40,297 nucleotides of DNA from Bacteroidota bacterium (GTDB taxonomy: Bacteria > Bacteroidota > Bacteroidia > AKYH767-A > OLB10), in assembly GCA_031411675.1 (NCBI GenBank), contig JANOBN010000398.1:1-40297 (forward strand), in the 5' to 3' direction. The number at the start of each line of letters is the position of its first letter. The stretch's first letter is position 1. Below the pieces are notes generated by a model. That model was not told the origin of the DNA. It searched no databases and worked only from the letters and a program-made list of their open reading frames with translations. The position numbers and the translations under genes are program-made. Shown piece after piece: positions 18,832 through 29,271 of this stretch.

Positions 18832-19584
18832 ATGCTTAAACCCTTACTCCAAACCATTGGGAGGAAAAAGAATCCGGCCTTTACAATTGACCCTTCTGTA
18901 TCAGGAGCAGTAATAGCCGCATTTATATGGCATAAAGCCATTGCATGGATGCGGCATCTGCGAATAATGGCAAGCGGTAAGAAACCGGGCTTATTATTCT
19001 TAGGAACAGGAGTAAAATTAACAGGCATACGGAGTTTTCATTTCGGTAAAATGGTGCAAATTGGCGATTATGTTTCCATTGCTGCTTATGGAAGAAAAGG
19101 ATTAACCATTGGCGATAATGTTTGGATAGGAAGCAATAGTTTTATAAAAGTTTCTTTCTCTTTTAATGATCCCGGTGAATATATATATATCGGGAACAAT
19201 GTAGGAATCGGTGAATTTGCTCATTTGGGTGGCGCAGGAGGTTTAACTATTGGTGACGATTGTATTATAGGACCGTATTTAAGTTGTCATCCGGAAAACC
19301 ATAACTTTTTTGATAATGAACTGCCCATACGTATGCAAGGCGTAACACGAAGAGGAATCAACATAGGAAATAATTGCTGGATAGGAGCTAAAGTGACGAT
19401 TCTTGATGGTGTTACTATCGGCAACAATTGTGTGATTGCTGCAGGTGCAGTAATCACAAAAAATATGCCTGCAAATAGTGTTATCGGCGGTGTCCCAGCA
19501 AAAGTAATTCGCAGCCGAATGACGATCAACGGAACGGAACGCAGTAATCATTCAATGGAAAAAAACTTCAGCACAAAAGCATGA
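18832..19584 (+). CDS. hexapeptide-repeat (LbH) O-acetyltransferase
   Basis: Tandem hexapeptide repeats: IGDNVWIGSNSFI, IGNNVGIGEFAHL, IGDDCIIGPY, IGNNCWIGAKVTILDGVTIGNNCVIAAGAVI. I place the start at ATG 18832, just after the upstream stop. The listed 18772 start overlaps the previous gene. Confidence 0.85.
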   Translation: MLKPLLQTIGRKKNPAFTIDPSVSGAVIAAFIWHKAIAWMRHLRIMASGKKPGLLFLGTGVKLTGIRSFHFGKMVQIGDYVSIAAYGRKGLTIGDNVWIGSNSFIKVSFSFNDPGEYIYIGNNVGIGEFAHLGGAGGLTIGDDCIIGPYLSCHPENHNFFDNELPIRMQGVTRRGINIGNNCWIGAKVTILDGVTIGNNCVIAAGAVITKNMPANSVIGGVPAKVIRSRMTINGTERSNHSMEKNFSTKA

Positions 19585-20819
19585 AAACAATTCTTCTGAG
19601 TGCCTATGCAGTGAACCCTTACCATGGATCAGAAGATGGAATGGGCTGGAATTTTATCTGTCAGATTGCACGCTTTCAAAAAGTGATTGCTGTAACCCGA
19701 CAAAATACCAGAACACATATTGAAAAATACATAGCTGAGCATCCTTCACCGGTTTATGCTAATATTCAGTTTATTTATTATGATTTACCTTATTGGATGC
19801 GTTTCTGGAAAAAGGGAGGACGCGGAGCACTTTTGTATTACTATATGTGGCAATATTTTCTTCCCGTTTTTATACGAAGAAAAAAACTACAATTCGATAT
19901 CGTTCACAATCTTAATTTTCACAATGACTGGACACCTTCGCGTTTATATATATTAAACAAACCATTTGTATGGGGCCCGATAGGACATCATCCGAGAATT
20001 CCTAAAGATTATATTATCCATGTTTATGGCAGAAGGCAATATCTGCTGGAACAATTGAAGTGGAGCACCAAAAAGTTTTTCTGGAATGCCGATCCGTTTC
20101 TTCGTAATACCGTAAGAAGAGCAGATGCAATTCTGGCGATGAATTCCAGTGTAAAAGACGTGCTGGATATCAGAGACCAACATTTTGTTACCATGCCTTC
20201 GGTAAGTTGTGAAGGACATGGACGACCGATAAATAAAAGTGAAGATGAATTTTACATTCTTTCGGTAGGAAGATTCGTTCCATTGAAGGGATTTGATGTT
20301 ACCATAAAATCTTTTGCCCGTTTTTATAATCAGTTGCATGATCACGATAAGTCAAAAGCCAAACTGATTCTTGCAGGAGATGGTCCATATAAAAGTTATT
20401 TACAACAACTGGCGCAGGATTTACAGCTTGGGGATGCCGTTCGTTTTATTGATTGGATGAAGCGGGAAGACCTGAAAAAATTGTATGAGCAATCGCATGT
20501 ATTCCTTTTCCCTTCACATGAAGGCGCAGGAATGGTGGTTGCAGAAGCACTATCCTACGGATTACCGGTTATCTGTTTTAAAAACTGCGGTCCGGGAGAA
20601 TTTATTGATGATAATTGTGGAATACGCATTGACTACGGACGATATAATTCAAGTATCACCGAGTTTGCAAATGCCTTAAGCAAATTATATATTAATGACA
20701 GAGTTTATAAAAGGCTTTCTGAAGGTGCAGTATATCGTTTTCAATCGCGCTTCGACTGGAATCTGAAAGGAGAACAACTGAGTGCTGTTTATGAAAAAGT
20801 AATGCGTTATGCCAGCTGA
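19581..20819 (+). CDS. GT-B glycosyltransferase (family 4-like)
   Basis: E-x7-E region: LFPSHEGAGMVVAEALSYGLPVI. ATGA overlap with the acetyltransferase stop. Confidence 0.85.
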   Translation: MKTILLSAYAVNPYHGSEDGMGWNFICQIARFQKVIAVTRQNTRTHIEKYIAEHPSPVYANIQFIYYDLPYWMRFWKKGGRGALLYYYMWQYFLPVFIRRKKLQFDIVHNLNFHNDWTPSRLYILNKPFVWGPIGHHPRIPKDYIIHVYGRRQYLLEQLKWSTKKFFWNADPFLRNTVRRADAILAMNSSVKDVLDIRDQHFVTMPSVSCEGHGRPINKSEDEFYILSVGRFVPLKGFDVTIKSFARFYNQLHDHDKSKAKLILAGDGPYKSYLQQLAQDLQLGDAVRFIDWMKREDLKKLYEQSHVFLFPSHEGAGMVVAEALSYGLPVICFKNCGPGEFIDDNCGIRIDYGRYNSSITEFANALSKLYINDRVYKRLSEGAVYRFQSRFDWNLKGEQLSAVYEKVMRYAS

Positions 20820-21903
20820 TCAGAAGAACAAAATTGTATGTGTTCATTTATTGAATGATTATAGCGGAAGTCCGTTAATATTATCAATGGTAATAAAGGG
20901 CCTGGTTCGTTCAGGATATGAAGTGGATCTGATTACTTCACCGGGTGGAGCAGGATTTTTATCTGATCTTCCGGTTAATTACAGATTTATTAATTACCGC
21001 TTTCATGAAAATAAAATGATACGGCTTTTTCGTTTTTTCAAATCACAAATCACCTTATTTTTTATGATAGCCGTTTATACCGGGCAAAATATTACTATAT
21101 ATATTAATACTTTATTACCGTTTGGCGGAGCACTTGCAGGTAAAATAACCCGAAAGAAAGTAATTTATCACATACATGAAAGTTACATACAACCACAACT
21201 GCTTAAAAACTTTTTAAGAAAGGTGGCGGCAATGTGCGCTGATTCGGCAGTGTATGTTTCCAACTATCTGCTGGATGAAGAGAAGTTAAAGGGAGTAACT
21301 AATACGGTAGTATATAATGCGCTTCCTGATGAATTTACTTCCAGAGCAACTACCGGTATCCATACTGTTACCAAAAATCAATTCATTGTTTTAATGGTAA
21401 GTTCTTTGAAAGAATATAAGGGAATCCGTTATTTTGCAGAGCTGGCTTCTAAAATGCCGCAACTAAAATTTGAATTAGTACTCAATGCAAAACAAGAAGA
21501 AATAGAATTATTTTTTAAAGACACTGTTCTATCCTCTAACTTAAAATTATTTCCTTCACAGAAGGACGTACATCCTTTTTATGAAAGAGCGGGGATGGTT
21601 GTGAATCTTTCCATTCCTGATCAATGCAAAGAGACCTTTGGAATGACATTACTTGAGGGGATGTGTTACGGCTTGCCGGTTATAGCTCCTCCGGCAGGTG
21701 GCCCGGCAGAGGTAGTTCGTAATGGGTTTAACGGGTTTTGTATTGATGTGAGGGATATGAAGCAAATGCAACAATCAATCCTGGAAATTGAAGGCAATGA
21801 AGCCCTTAGAAAACATTTGTCGAAAGGGGCATTAGCCACTGCTGAACTTTTTGAAGAAAAGGCACTTCAGCAAAATGTTACCCGAATCGTAGAATCAGCC
21901 TAA
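20809..21903 (+). CDS. GT-B glycosyltransferase (family 4-like)
   Basis: N-terminal HLLNDYSGSP and C-terminal ETFGMTLLEGMCYGLPVIAPPAGG. It overlaps the upstream gene by 11 nt. Confidence 0.85.
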   Translation: MPADQKNKIVCVHLLNDYSGSPLILSMVIKGLVRSGYEVDLITSPGGAGFLSDLPVNYRFINYRFHENKMIRLFRFFKSQITLFFMIAVYTGQNITIYINTLLPFGGALAGKITRKKVIYHIHESYIQPQLLKNFLRKVAAMCADSAVYVSNYLLDEEKLKGVTNTVVYNALPDEFTSRATTGIHTVTKNQFIVLMVSSLKEYKGIRYFAELASKMPQLKFELVLNAKQEEIELFFKDTVLSSNLKLFPSQKDVHPFYERAGMVVNLSIPDQCKETFGMTLLEGMCYGLPVIAPPAGGPAEVVRNGFNGFCIDVRDMKQMQQSILEIEGNEALRKHLSKGALATAELFEEKALQQNVTRIVESA

Positions 21904-22008
21904 TATTCGGACATTTTTCCAAAAATCTTACATCGTTTTTATTGTGTAACAATTGACGGATTCTGCCGTAAAAAAAGTCTATCTTATACTCATAACACCA
22001 GAAGAAGC

Positions 22009-23199
22009 GTGAAAAAGTTAGCGATTGTAGGCACCACAGGATTACCTGCCAAATATGGAGGTTTTGAAACCTTAACAAATTATCTTACCATACATCTGAA
22101 TAGTAAATTTGATATTTCCGTTTACTGCAGCAGTAAATATTTTGCAGCGAAAGGACAAAGAAGGAGGGAGTGCAATGGAGCGAAGCTGATTTATTTTCCA
22201 TTAAATGCAAACGGTTATCAGAGCATAATTTATGATGTTGTTTCTATCATTCATGCTTTATTTTATGCCGACGTGATATTGTTGCTTGGTGTTTCAGGAG
22301 CAATCATTCTTCCTTTTGTTAAGCTGTTTTCGTCCAAACCGGTAATAGTCAATATAGACGGACAAGAGTGGAAGCGGGCCAAATGGAACTTCATTGCTAA
22401 AAAAATACTTCGTTTTAGCGAAAAGCTTGCAGTAAAATTTGCAGATACGGTAATCACCGACAATAAAGTGATTTCTGAATATGTAACAAGAGAATACAAA
22501 CGAACCTCCGCTCTTATTGAGTATGGCGGAGATCATGTAAGTGCTCAATCAATAACTCCGGAATACAGAGTTAAATATCCGTTTTTATGTTCTCCGTATG
22601 CATTTACAGTTTGTCGTATTGAGCCGGAAAATAATGTACATTATATTCTGGAAGCATATTCAAAAACGCCACAGAAAACAATTGTTGTAGTAGGGCTTTG
22701 GGATCATGGTGAATTCGGATTGGTGTTACGTAATTACTATAAAGGTTATGCTAACATTATTCTGCTGGATCCAATATATAACACAGAGGAACTTGATGTT
22801 TTAAGAAGCAATGCTGAAGTGTATTTGCATGGTCATAGTGCAGGAGGAACCAATCCTTCACTGGTGGAAGCCATGTGCCTTGGACGTGCAGTTTTTGCTT
22901 ACGATATTTCATATAACAGAGAAACATCAGACAATAAAGCCTTCTTCTTTAAAAATGTAAAGGAGCTGGAACAACTGATAGATAAAACAAAAGAAACAGA
23001 TCTTGCTTTTTGTGGTCAGCAATTGCATCAGTTGGCTCGTGAAAAATATACATGGTCACGCATTTCAGATTGTTATTTTAAAGAAATAAGTAATCTGTTG
23101 GATTCTCCGGAATATTTACTGAGTCAGCAAATAAGCGAGCAGCGTGAACAAACTATAAAAGTGCAAATTCCCAATAAAACCGAAGCAGAAGTAATATGA
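22009..23199 (+). CDS. DUF1972-type glycosyltransferase (WchF-like rhamnosyltransferase family)
   Basis: The N-terminus MKKLAIVGTTGLPAKYGGFETL is the hallmark of DUF1972 glycosyltransferases. The C-terminal GT-B half has HGHSAGGTNPSLVEAM. GTG start. Confidence 0.8.
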   Translation: MKKLAIVGTTGLPAKYGGFETLTNYLTIHLNSKFDISVYCSSKYFAAKGQRRRECNGAKLIYFPLNANGYQSIIYDVVSIIHALFYADVILLLGVSGAIILPFVKLFSSKPVIVNIDGQEWKRAKWNFIAKKILRFSEKLAVKFADTVITDNKVISEYVTREYKRTSALIEYGGDHVSAQSITPEYRVKYPFLCSPYAFTVCRIEPENNVHYILEAYSKTPQKTIVVVGLWDHGEFGLVLRNYYKGYANIILLDPIYNTEELDVLRSNAEVYLHGHSAGGTNPSLVEAMCLGRAVFAYDISYNRETSDNKAFFFKNVKELEQLIDKTKETDLAFCGQQLHQLAREKYTWSRISDCYFKEISNLLDSPEYLLSQQISEQREQTIKVQIPNKTEAEVI

Positions 23200-26150
23200 T
23201 AATAAGGAAGTGGTTGAAGAATGCGTTGCTGTTTTCAGTATTTCTAGCTGTTACATGCAACCATATTTATGCTCAGGCTGTTACTACTATTGCAGGTGCT
23301 GCAGGTGTTGCCGGTGTGCAAGATGGTGCTGGCAGTACAGCACGATTTAACAGTCCTCATGGAATTGCATGCGATCGTCAGGGAAATATATATATTGCCG
23401 ATCGTTATAATCACCGCATACGCAAAATTAATCCTGCCGGAACGGTAAGCACAATTGCAGGAACAGGAGTAATCGGTGGTACAGATGGGCCGGGATCGTC
23501 AGCCACTTTTAACGAACCGTGGGCTGTTGCATGCGATACAGCAGGAAATATTTATGTTGCCGATACAAGAAATTATAAGATCAGAAAAATTACACCTGCA
23601 GGAGCAGTATTAACCATTGCAGGACAAGGAACATTCGGTACAACAAATGGTCCTGCTGCATTGGCAAAATTTGGTTTTCCATCAGGCATATGTGTTACAC
23701 CGGACGGAAGTACCATCTATGTTGCAGATCATAATACACATGTAATCCGTAAAATTTTTAATGGTACAGTAAGCAACTTAAGCGGAGTAACTTACATTGC
23801 AGGATCCAACGATGGTGCTGCAGGAGTAGCCACATTCAATCATCCTTATGGAATTGAAATCGATAATTCAGGGAACATCATAGTTGCCGATGAATGGAGC
23901 AACATGATACGTTTGGTAACACCAACAGGTATTGTAACTACTCTTGCGGGTGTTGGTTTAAACGGAAGTAATGACGGACAACCATCATCTGCTATGTTTA
24001 ATTATCCCTGGGATGTTACGGTTGATAATACAGGAAACATTTTTGTTGCTGATGGATTTAATCACACGATCCGTAAACTGGAAAGTCCGTTCTGGACAGT
24101 TTCAACCTATGCAGGAACGGCAGGTGTTACAGGAGCAACAGATGCAGTGGGTTCTGCAGCAAGTTTTAATGCGGCCACCGGCATAACATTTAGCGGCATC
24201 GGAAATGTATTATATATTGGGGATGCTTCCAATCAACTCATACGTAAAATTGCTGCAGTATCTGCACAACAGATTACCTTATCCACCTCCTCCGTAAATA
24301 ATACCGTTTGTTTTGGTGACAGTATTCCCGTTACTGCAACTCCGGGCGGATTTTCAGGATACACTTTTTATGATAATGGTAATGCCATTACATCTTCCGC
24401 AAGTTCAACAGCAATGCTTCCGCCGTTAACTGCGGGAAACCATACCATTACTTGTAGTTCAACTGACAGTGCAGGATTAACGGTGTTATCTAATAACATC
24501 ATCATTACTGTAAAGGCGGCATACATACCAACAATTACCCCTGCAAATCCAATTTTTTGTAATGGCGATTCCATACAAATCAGTGCAGGATCTGCATCAG
24601 CCTATCAATGGAATCAGGGAAGTACATCACAAGCTATCTTTATTACAGCGGGCGGATGGTATTCGGTTACTGTTACCGCTGCCGATGGATGCAAAGGAAC
24701 AAACACTACACTGGCAACAGCATCTAATGGACCAAATGCGGTAATTACGCCTGCATCATCCGGAGCAATTTGTCCCGGAGATTCTGTTTTGATATCATCT
24801 GCTATTGCAGCAACGTATCTGTGGTCAAACGGATCAACTACGCAAAGTATTTATGCCGGTTTAACAACACCATATACTGTTACCGTAAGTGATGTGGCGG
24901 GATGTGCAACTATATCATCGCCTTATAATATTAACTTTTTTACGGGCAGTATAGCCACTATTTCTCCTGCAGGACCTATTGTACTTATTCAGGGAGATTC
25001 CATTATACTTTCTTCAGGCAGTGCAGCAACGTACAACTGGACAGGAGGAGCAACTTCACAAAGTATTACAGTGAACAGTGCCGGCAGTTATGCAGTTAGT
25101 ATAACCACCACCGATGGTTGTAGCTCTGTTTCAGCTCCGGTACAGGTCAATGTAATTACAGTACAACAAATGCTGACATCAAACGGAGCATTAAGTTTTT
25201 GTCAGGGAAGTTCAGTTACACTGCAATCCTATTTTACACAAGGAAATCAATGGTATTTTAATGGTGCACCATTACCCGGTGAAACAGCACAAACATTAAA
25301 CGCTACTGACAGCGGTTATTATCAGATTGCTGTTTTACAAAATACTGCCTGGTATTATTCTGACTCCATATTGGTAACAGTAAATGCAACGCCGCAAATG
25401 GCTGTTGTAAATGATACTATTATTTGTTCCGGTCAGAGTCCATTGCTTATTGCACAAGCAGAACCATTAATGACTATCAAATGGTTTGATCAGGATTCAG
25501 CAGGTACTATGCTTGGTATGGGTTCTGCATATCAACCGGCGGCAATATTTCAAAATGTTACCTACTATGTAGAAGTCACCGGATTAAACGGTTGTGTTAC
25601 TGAAAGAAGTGCATTAAACATCAACACTAATCCGTCACCTATTGCAGACTTCTCCTTTGCCATAACAGGACAACAGGGTAATTATTCTGTGATATTAAAT
25701 AATACCACACTATTTGGAGATTATTATTCATGGACGCTACATGATACAGCCTATCAGACTTCACAAAATTTAAGTCCGTCATTTACCGTAACAACACCCG
25801 GTGAATACGAACTGTGGCTGATTGCCGATAATGCTTTTGGATGTCGAGACTCCATGTTTAAACGAATATATATAGGCGCTTCTAATGAATGGTTTATACC
25901 AAACACATTTACACCGAATAATGACGGTAAAAATGATATATTCAGAGTTAGAGGCAGAGGTGTAATAACCAAAGAGATGAAAATTTATGATCAGTGGGGA
26001 TCACTGCTCTTTTTTACTGACACGAATCCTGTTTGGGATGGAACCGTAAAGGGAGAAACCGTGCAAAACGGAACATATATGTATCATGTGATTATCAGCA
26101 AAGATGATCAGGAAGAAGTGGTTACAGGAGCCATTACCGTAATCAAATGA
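23196..26150 (+). CDS. large secreted NHL-repeat beta-propeller / Ig-like-repeat protein with type-B T9SS (gliding-motility CHU_C-like) C-terminal domain
   Basis: Signal peptide. About six NHL-type repeats (F..P.GI..D..GNIYVAD..NH.IRKI, 23.3-24.25 kb). Tandem ~72-aa Cys-bracketed Ig-like repeats lie at ~24.54-25.15 kb. The C-terminus WFIPNTFTPNNDGKNDIFRVRG...WDG...NGTYMYHV matches the type-B CTD. ATGA overlap with the upstream glycosyltransferase. Confidence 0.85.
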   Translation: MIIRKWLKNALLFSVFLAVTCNHIYAQAVTTIAGAAGVAGVQDGAGSTARFNSPHGIACDRQGNIYIADRYNHRIRKINPAGTVSTIAGTGVIGGTDGPGSSATFNEPWAVACDTAGNIYVADTRNYKIRKITPAGAVLTIAGQGTFGTTNGPAALAKFGFPSGICVTPDGSTIYVADHNTHVIRKIFNGTVSNLSGVTYIAGSNDGAAGVATFNHPYGIEIDNSGNIIVADEWSNMIRLVTPTGIVTTLAGVGLNGSNDGQPSSAMFNYPWDVTVDNTGNIFVADGFNHTIRKLESPFWTVSTYAGTAGVTGATDAVGSAASFNAATGITFSGIGNVLYIGDASNQLIRKIAAVSAQQITLSTSSVNNTVCFGDSIPVTATPGGFSGYTFYDNGNAITSSASSTAMLPPLTAGNHTITCSSTDSAGLTVLSNNIIITVKAAYIPTITPANPIFCNGDSIQISAGSASAYQWNQGSTSQAIFITAGGWYSVTVTAADGCKGTNTTLATASNGPNAVITPASSGAICPGDSVLISSAIAATYLWSNGSTTQSIYAGLTTPYTVTVSDVAGCATISSPYNINFFTGSIATISPAGPIVLIQGDSIILSSGSAATYNWTGGATSQSITVNSAGSYAVSITTTDGCSSVSAPVQVNVITVQQMLTSNGALSFCQGSSVTLQSYFTQGNQWYFNGAPLPGETAQTLNATDSGYYQIAVLQNTAWYYSDSILVTVNATPQMAVVNDTIICSGQSPLLIAQAEPLMTIKWFDQDSAGTMLGMGSAYQPAAIFQNVTYYVEVTGLNGCVTERSALNINTNPSPIADFSFAITGQQGNYSVILNNTTLFGDYYSWTLHDTAYQTSQNLSPSFTVTTPGEYELWLIADNAFGCRDSMFKRIYIGASNEWFIPNTFTPNNDGKNDIFRVRGRGVITKEMKIYDQWGSLLFFTDTNPVWDGTVKGETVQNGTYMYHVIISKDDQEEVVTGAITVIK

Positions 26151-28042
26151 GAAGACAGCGCGCAATACTACTGGTAATTTTAGCAATGACAATGGCAGGC
26201 TCTGTTTTTAGTCAGGATGCACATCATACACAATATTTCAATTTGCCGGCATATTTCAATCCGGCAGCAGCTGGTCATGATGTGGAGCATATCCGCCTCA
26301 CCGGGCTTTACCGTAAACAATGGCCTGCACTTTCCACTCCTTTTGTTACACAAAGTATATTATTTGATAAGCAGGTTAGTCATGTTGGCTTTGGTGCATT
26401 AATTAATAACAATACATCAGGGGCAGCCGGTATTAAACGGATGCAACTTGGAGGAATGATATCTTACCGTTTACAAATTAAACAACATCAGATTGCAACC
26501 GGAGTAAGCATTGGATTCATTCAAAAAAGTTTTGATCCTTCGGGAATGACCTTTGATGATCAGTATATGGATGATGCAGGATATGATGCTGCAAATCCTA
26601 CTGCCGAGCAATTTGCATTTACCAAAGTGATACGTCCTGATTTTAGTGCCGGATTTTTATGGACGCATGGAGATATATTTAACACACGTTGGGTTCCATA
26701 TGCAGGAGCATCATTAATGCACATCAACAAGCCATCAGAAGTATTGATTGAAGAAAGCAATGTAAATCCTATGAAAACCGTTTTACAAGCGGGAACAAGA
26801 TTTAGTGTAAATGAAAAAATTGAAATTGATCCGTCTGTAATAATGTCGATGCAGCAATTTTCAAAGGAGCTGATGTTTGGTTCAAAGGCTGCATATAAAT
26901 TTGACACACGCACCAGAGCTGAGGGAGGAATATATATACGAAATAAAGAATCGGCAATGGTTTATGCCGGTTACCAGTGGAACAGCATGATGGTGGGGAT
27001 ATCCTATGATATAACTACTTCCGGCGCTGTTGCCGGACCGGGGGCATTTGAAATTTCTCTTACTTATATTCCAAAGGCAAAAGTTAAAAAGGATAAGAAA
27101 GAAGCTGCTGCTGATTCAACAGCATCAAACAAAGTCTTAGCGAAAAAAGGACCGGAGAAGCCTTCTATAGAAGAAAAGAAAGAAGTAGCAGTTGATTCAT
27201 CAGCAAGAAATAGAGAAACAGCAATTACATCTCCGGAGGTAAAACCGGAACCAATACCGGCAGAAGAAAAGAAAGAGACGGCAATAGTTACTCCTGAAGT
27301 AAACAAAGGAGAAGCATCGCCATCATCTGAAAATAAAGATGGAGCAAAATCAGAAACTGCAAATGAGAAAGCAGCATTAGCATCAATAGAAATAAAACAG
27401 GAGCAGAAGGAAATGCCAAAAGCAACTGCTGTAACTGCACCAACCATAATCATAAAACCAATTTCAAGTTTGCCGATAACACCGAAAGTAACTTCTGTTA
27501 ACACTGCTGATAAAGATATTGACACCGATGGTGATGGCATCAATGATTTACCTGATGAATGTCCGTTCCTGAAAGGCAATGCAGCAAATCATGGTTGTCC
27601 GGATTCTGATAATGACGGCATCAATGATTTAGTAGACCGTTGCCCGATGGAAAAGGGAACCATAGAAAGAAACGGCTGCCCTGGTGAAACTACAGTAGCA
27701 AAAAATGCGGAAGGCTTTATTCGTTTTGATGTTAATTCATCGGAGATAAAGGGCTTTGATATCATCGATATTCTGGAGCCGGTGGCAGACAGTTTATACT
27801 TTAATAACAATCTTAAGCTGGTGATCACAGGTCATACTGATGATGAAGGTGATGAAGAATATAACATGTATTTGTCGCAAGACCGTGCTGATGCAGTGAA
27901 GCAATATTTTGTAGATCATGGCATACCATCTGAAAAGATAGAGACACTTGGTTATGGTGAGAGAATGCCATATGCTGATAATGCTACCGAAGGTGGTAAG
28001 AAACGTAATCGTCGTGCAGAAATATATATTGTAAGAAAGTAA
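26147..28042 (+). CDS. PorP/SprF-family T9SS outer-membrane protein fused to TSP3 repeats and an OmpA-like C-terminal domain
   Basis: The N-terminus after the signal peptide (QDAHHTQYFNLPAYFNPAAAG) is the PorP/SprF signature. A K/E/A/S-rich disordered linker spans ~27.06-27.47 kb. Calcium-binding TSP3 repeats are DTDGDGINDLPDECP and DSDNDGINDLVDRCP. The OmpA domain shows ITGHTDDEGDEEYNMYLSQDRA...NRRAEI. ATGA overlap with the upstream cargo gene. Confidence 0.85.
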   Translation: MRRQRAILLVILAMTMAGSVFSQDAHHTQYFNLPAYFNPAAAGHDVEHIRLTGLYRKQWPALSTPFVTQSILFDKQVSHVGFGALINNNTSGAAGIKRMQLGGMISYRLQIKQHQIATGVSIGFIQKSFDPSGMTFDDQYMDDAGYDAANPTAEQFAFTKVIRPDFSAGFLWTHGDIFNTRWVPYAGASLMHINKPSEVLIEESNVNPMKTVLQAGTRFSVNEKIEIDPSVIMSMQQFSKELMFGSKAAYKFDTRTRAEGGIYIRNKESAMVYAGYQWNSMMVGISYDITTSGAVAGPGAFEISLTYIPKAKVKKDKKEAAADSTASNKVLAKKGPEKPSIEEKKEVAVDSSARNRETAITSPEVKPEPIPAEEKKETAIVTPEVNKGEASPSSENKDGAKSETANEKAALASIEIKQEQKEMPKATAVTAPTIIIKPISSLPITPKVTSVNTADKDIDTDGDGINDLPDECPFLKGNAANHGCPDSDNDGINDLVDRCPMEKGTIERNGCPGETTVAKNAEGFIRFDVNSSEIKGFDIIDILEPVADSLYFNNNLKLVITGHTDDEGDEEYNMYLSQDRADAVKQYFVDHGIPSEKIETLGYGERMPYADNATEGGKKRNRRAEIYIVRK

Positions 28043-28125
28043 TCTGTTTGTAAGAAAGTTCATTTTTTCACCTTAACTCCTGGGTTAGTTATTCGTAAAA
28101 ATAATTAAACAATACCCGTTCTGTT

Positions 28126-29232
28126 ATGAATGAATTTGACGCCTCAATACTTGCTTTTTTCAGCGCATTGCTGATTACTGCTGCACTTGTTCCATCCTGG
28201 ATTAATGTTTGTCATAAATGGCATTTATTTGAAGCCAATGATGAAAGAAAAAACCACAGTGGCAATACACCTACGTTAGGCGGGCTGGCAATTTATGCAG
28301 GATTGATGATTTCCTTTTTATTATTAGGACATAAACTGGGAGCCTATACAGTAAAATCATTAATGGCGGCATCATTGATATTGTTTTTCACCGGATTTTT
28401 TGATGATTTACTCAGTATGGCAGCAGGGAAAAAGCTATTGTTACAACTTATTGCGTCAGGGATTATTGCCTATGGTGGAACGCGAATTACCGGAATGCAG
28501 GGTTTATTGGGGATTGAAGCAATTCCGGAGTGGATGCATTATCCGGCAACCATGTTCATCATCGTTGTAATAACTAATGCATTTAATTTAATAGATGGTA
28601 TTGATGGCCTTGCTGCAAGCCTGGGAATAATTGCAAGTACATTGTTCGGATTTATTTTCTTCAATCATGGCCGATATGATTTTGCCATTTTATCATTTTG
28701 TTTAGCCGGATCATTAACAGGATTTCTGATATATAACTTTCATCCTGCACGCATCTTTATGGGCGATACCGGATCCTTAATAGTCGGTTTTATACTTGCT
28801 TCCTTATCCATTGAACTGCTGGCACTGCCAACTGTTGTAAATGCTATTGTTGTAAATCCGTCATTGTTATTGGCAATATTATTTATTCCATTATATGATG
28901 TATTAAGGGTGATGATGATACGCATAGTAACCGGCAATTCTCCTTTTCAACCGGACAGAAATCATATACATCATATGATATTGTCAGTAGGTTTTAGTCA
29001 GCGGATGGTGACGCTCGTTATATTAGCCATTAATGGAATTTTTATAGCGCTTTATTTTACATTCCCTAAAATGGACATCAACCTGTTTACTTTAATGTGC
29101 GTATGTTTGGGGATGTTAATCATCAATTCGCGCAGCATAAAAGTTTTGGCAGTTTTATATCAACGTATAGGTGGCAGATTATACAAAACTGACACAAATG
29201 TTGCCAGCGATTACCTGCGAAAAGTGGCCTGA
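28126..29232 (+). CDS. polyprenyl-phosphate sugar-1-phosphate transferase (WecA/MraY family, initiating transferase)
   Basis: NAFNLIDGIDGLA and FMGDTGSL motifs, with ~10 TM segments. Confidence 0.85.
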   Translation: MNEFDASILAFFSALLITAALVPSWINVCHKWHLFEANDERKNHSGNTPTLGGLAIYAGLMISFLLLGHKLGAYTVKSLMAASLILFFTGFFDDLLSMAAGKKLLLQLIASGIIAYGGTRITGMQGLLGIEAIPEWMHYPATMFIIVVITNAFNLIDGIDGLAASLGIIASTLFGFIFFNHGRYDFAILSFCLAGSLTGFLIYNFHPARIFMGDTGSLIVGFILASLSIELLALPTVVNAIVVNPSLLLAILFIPLYDVLRVMMIRIVTGNSPFQPDRNHIHHMILSVGFSQRMVTLVILAINGIFIALYFTFPKMDINLFTLMCVCLGMLIINSRSIKVLAVLYQRIGGRLYKTDTNVASDYLRKVA

Positions 29233-29271
29233 TTAGTTTTTTCTCTTTCTTTGCTTTATCAAGAAACTACG

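Noticed and set aside
19953-20345. 130-aa minus-strand ORF. Similar antisense ORFs occur at 19279-19551, 22294-22548, 26560-26913 and 37205-37752.
   Set aside because: All are embedded antisense in well-supported plus-strand genes and have no recognisable domains. They are typical shadow ORFs.
27064-27579. 171-aa minus-strand ORF.
   Set aside because: It is antisense to the low-complexity K/E/A/S-rich linker of the PorP/SprF-OmpA gene. Its own sequence is low complexity, and the plus-strand gene has strong domain evidence on both sides.
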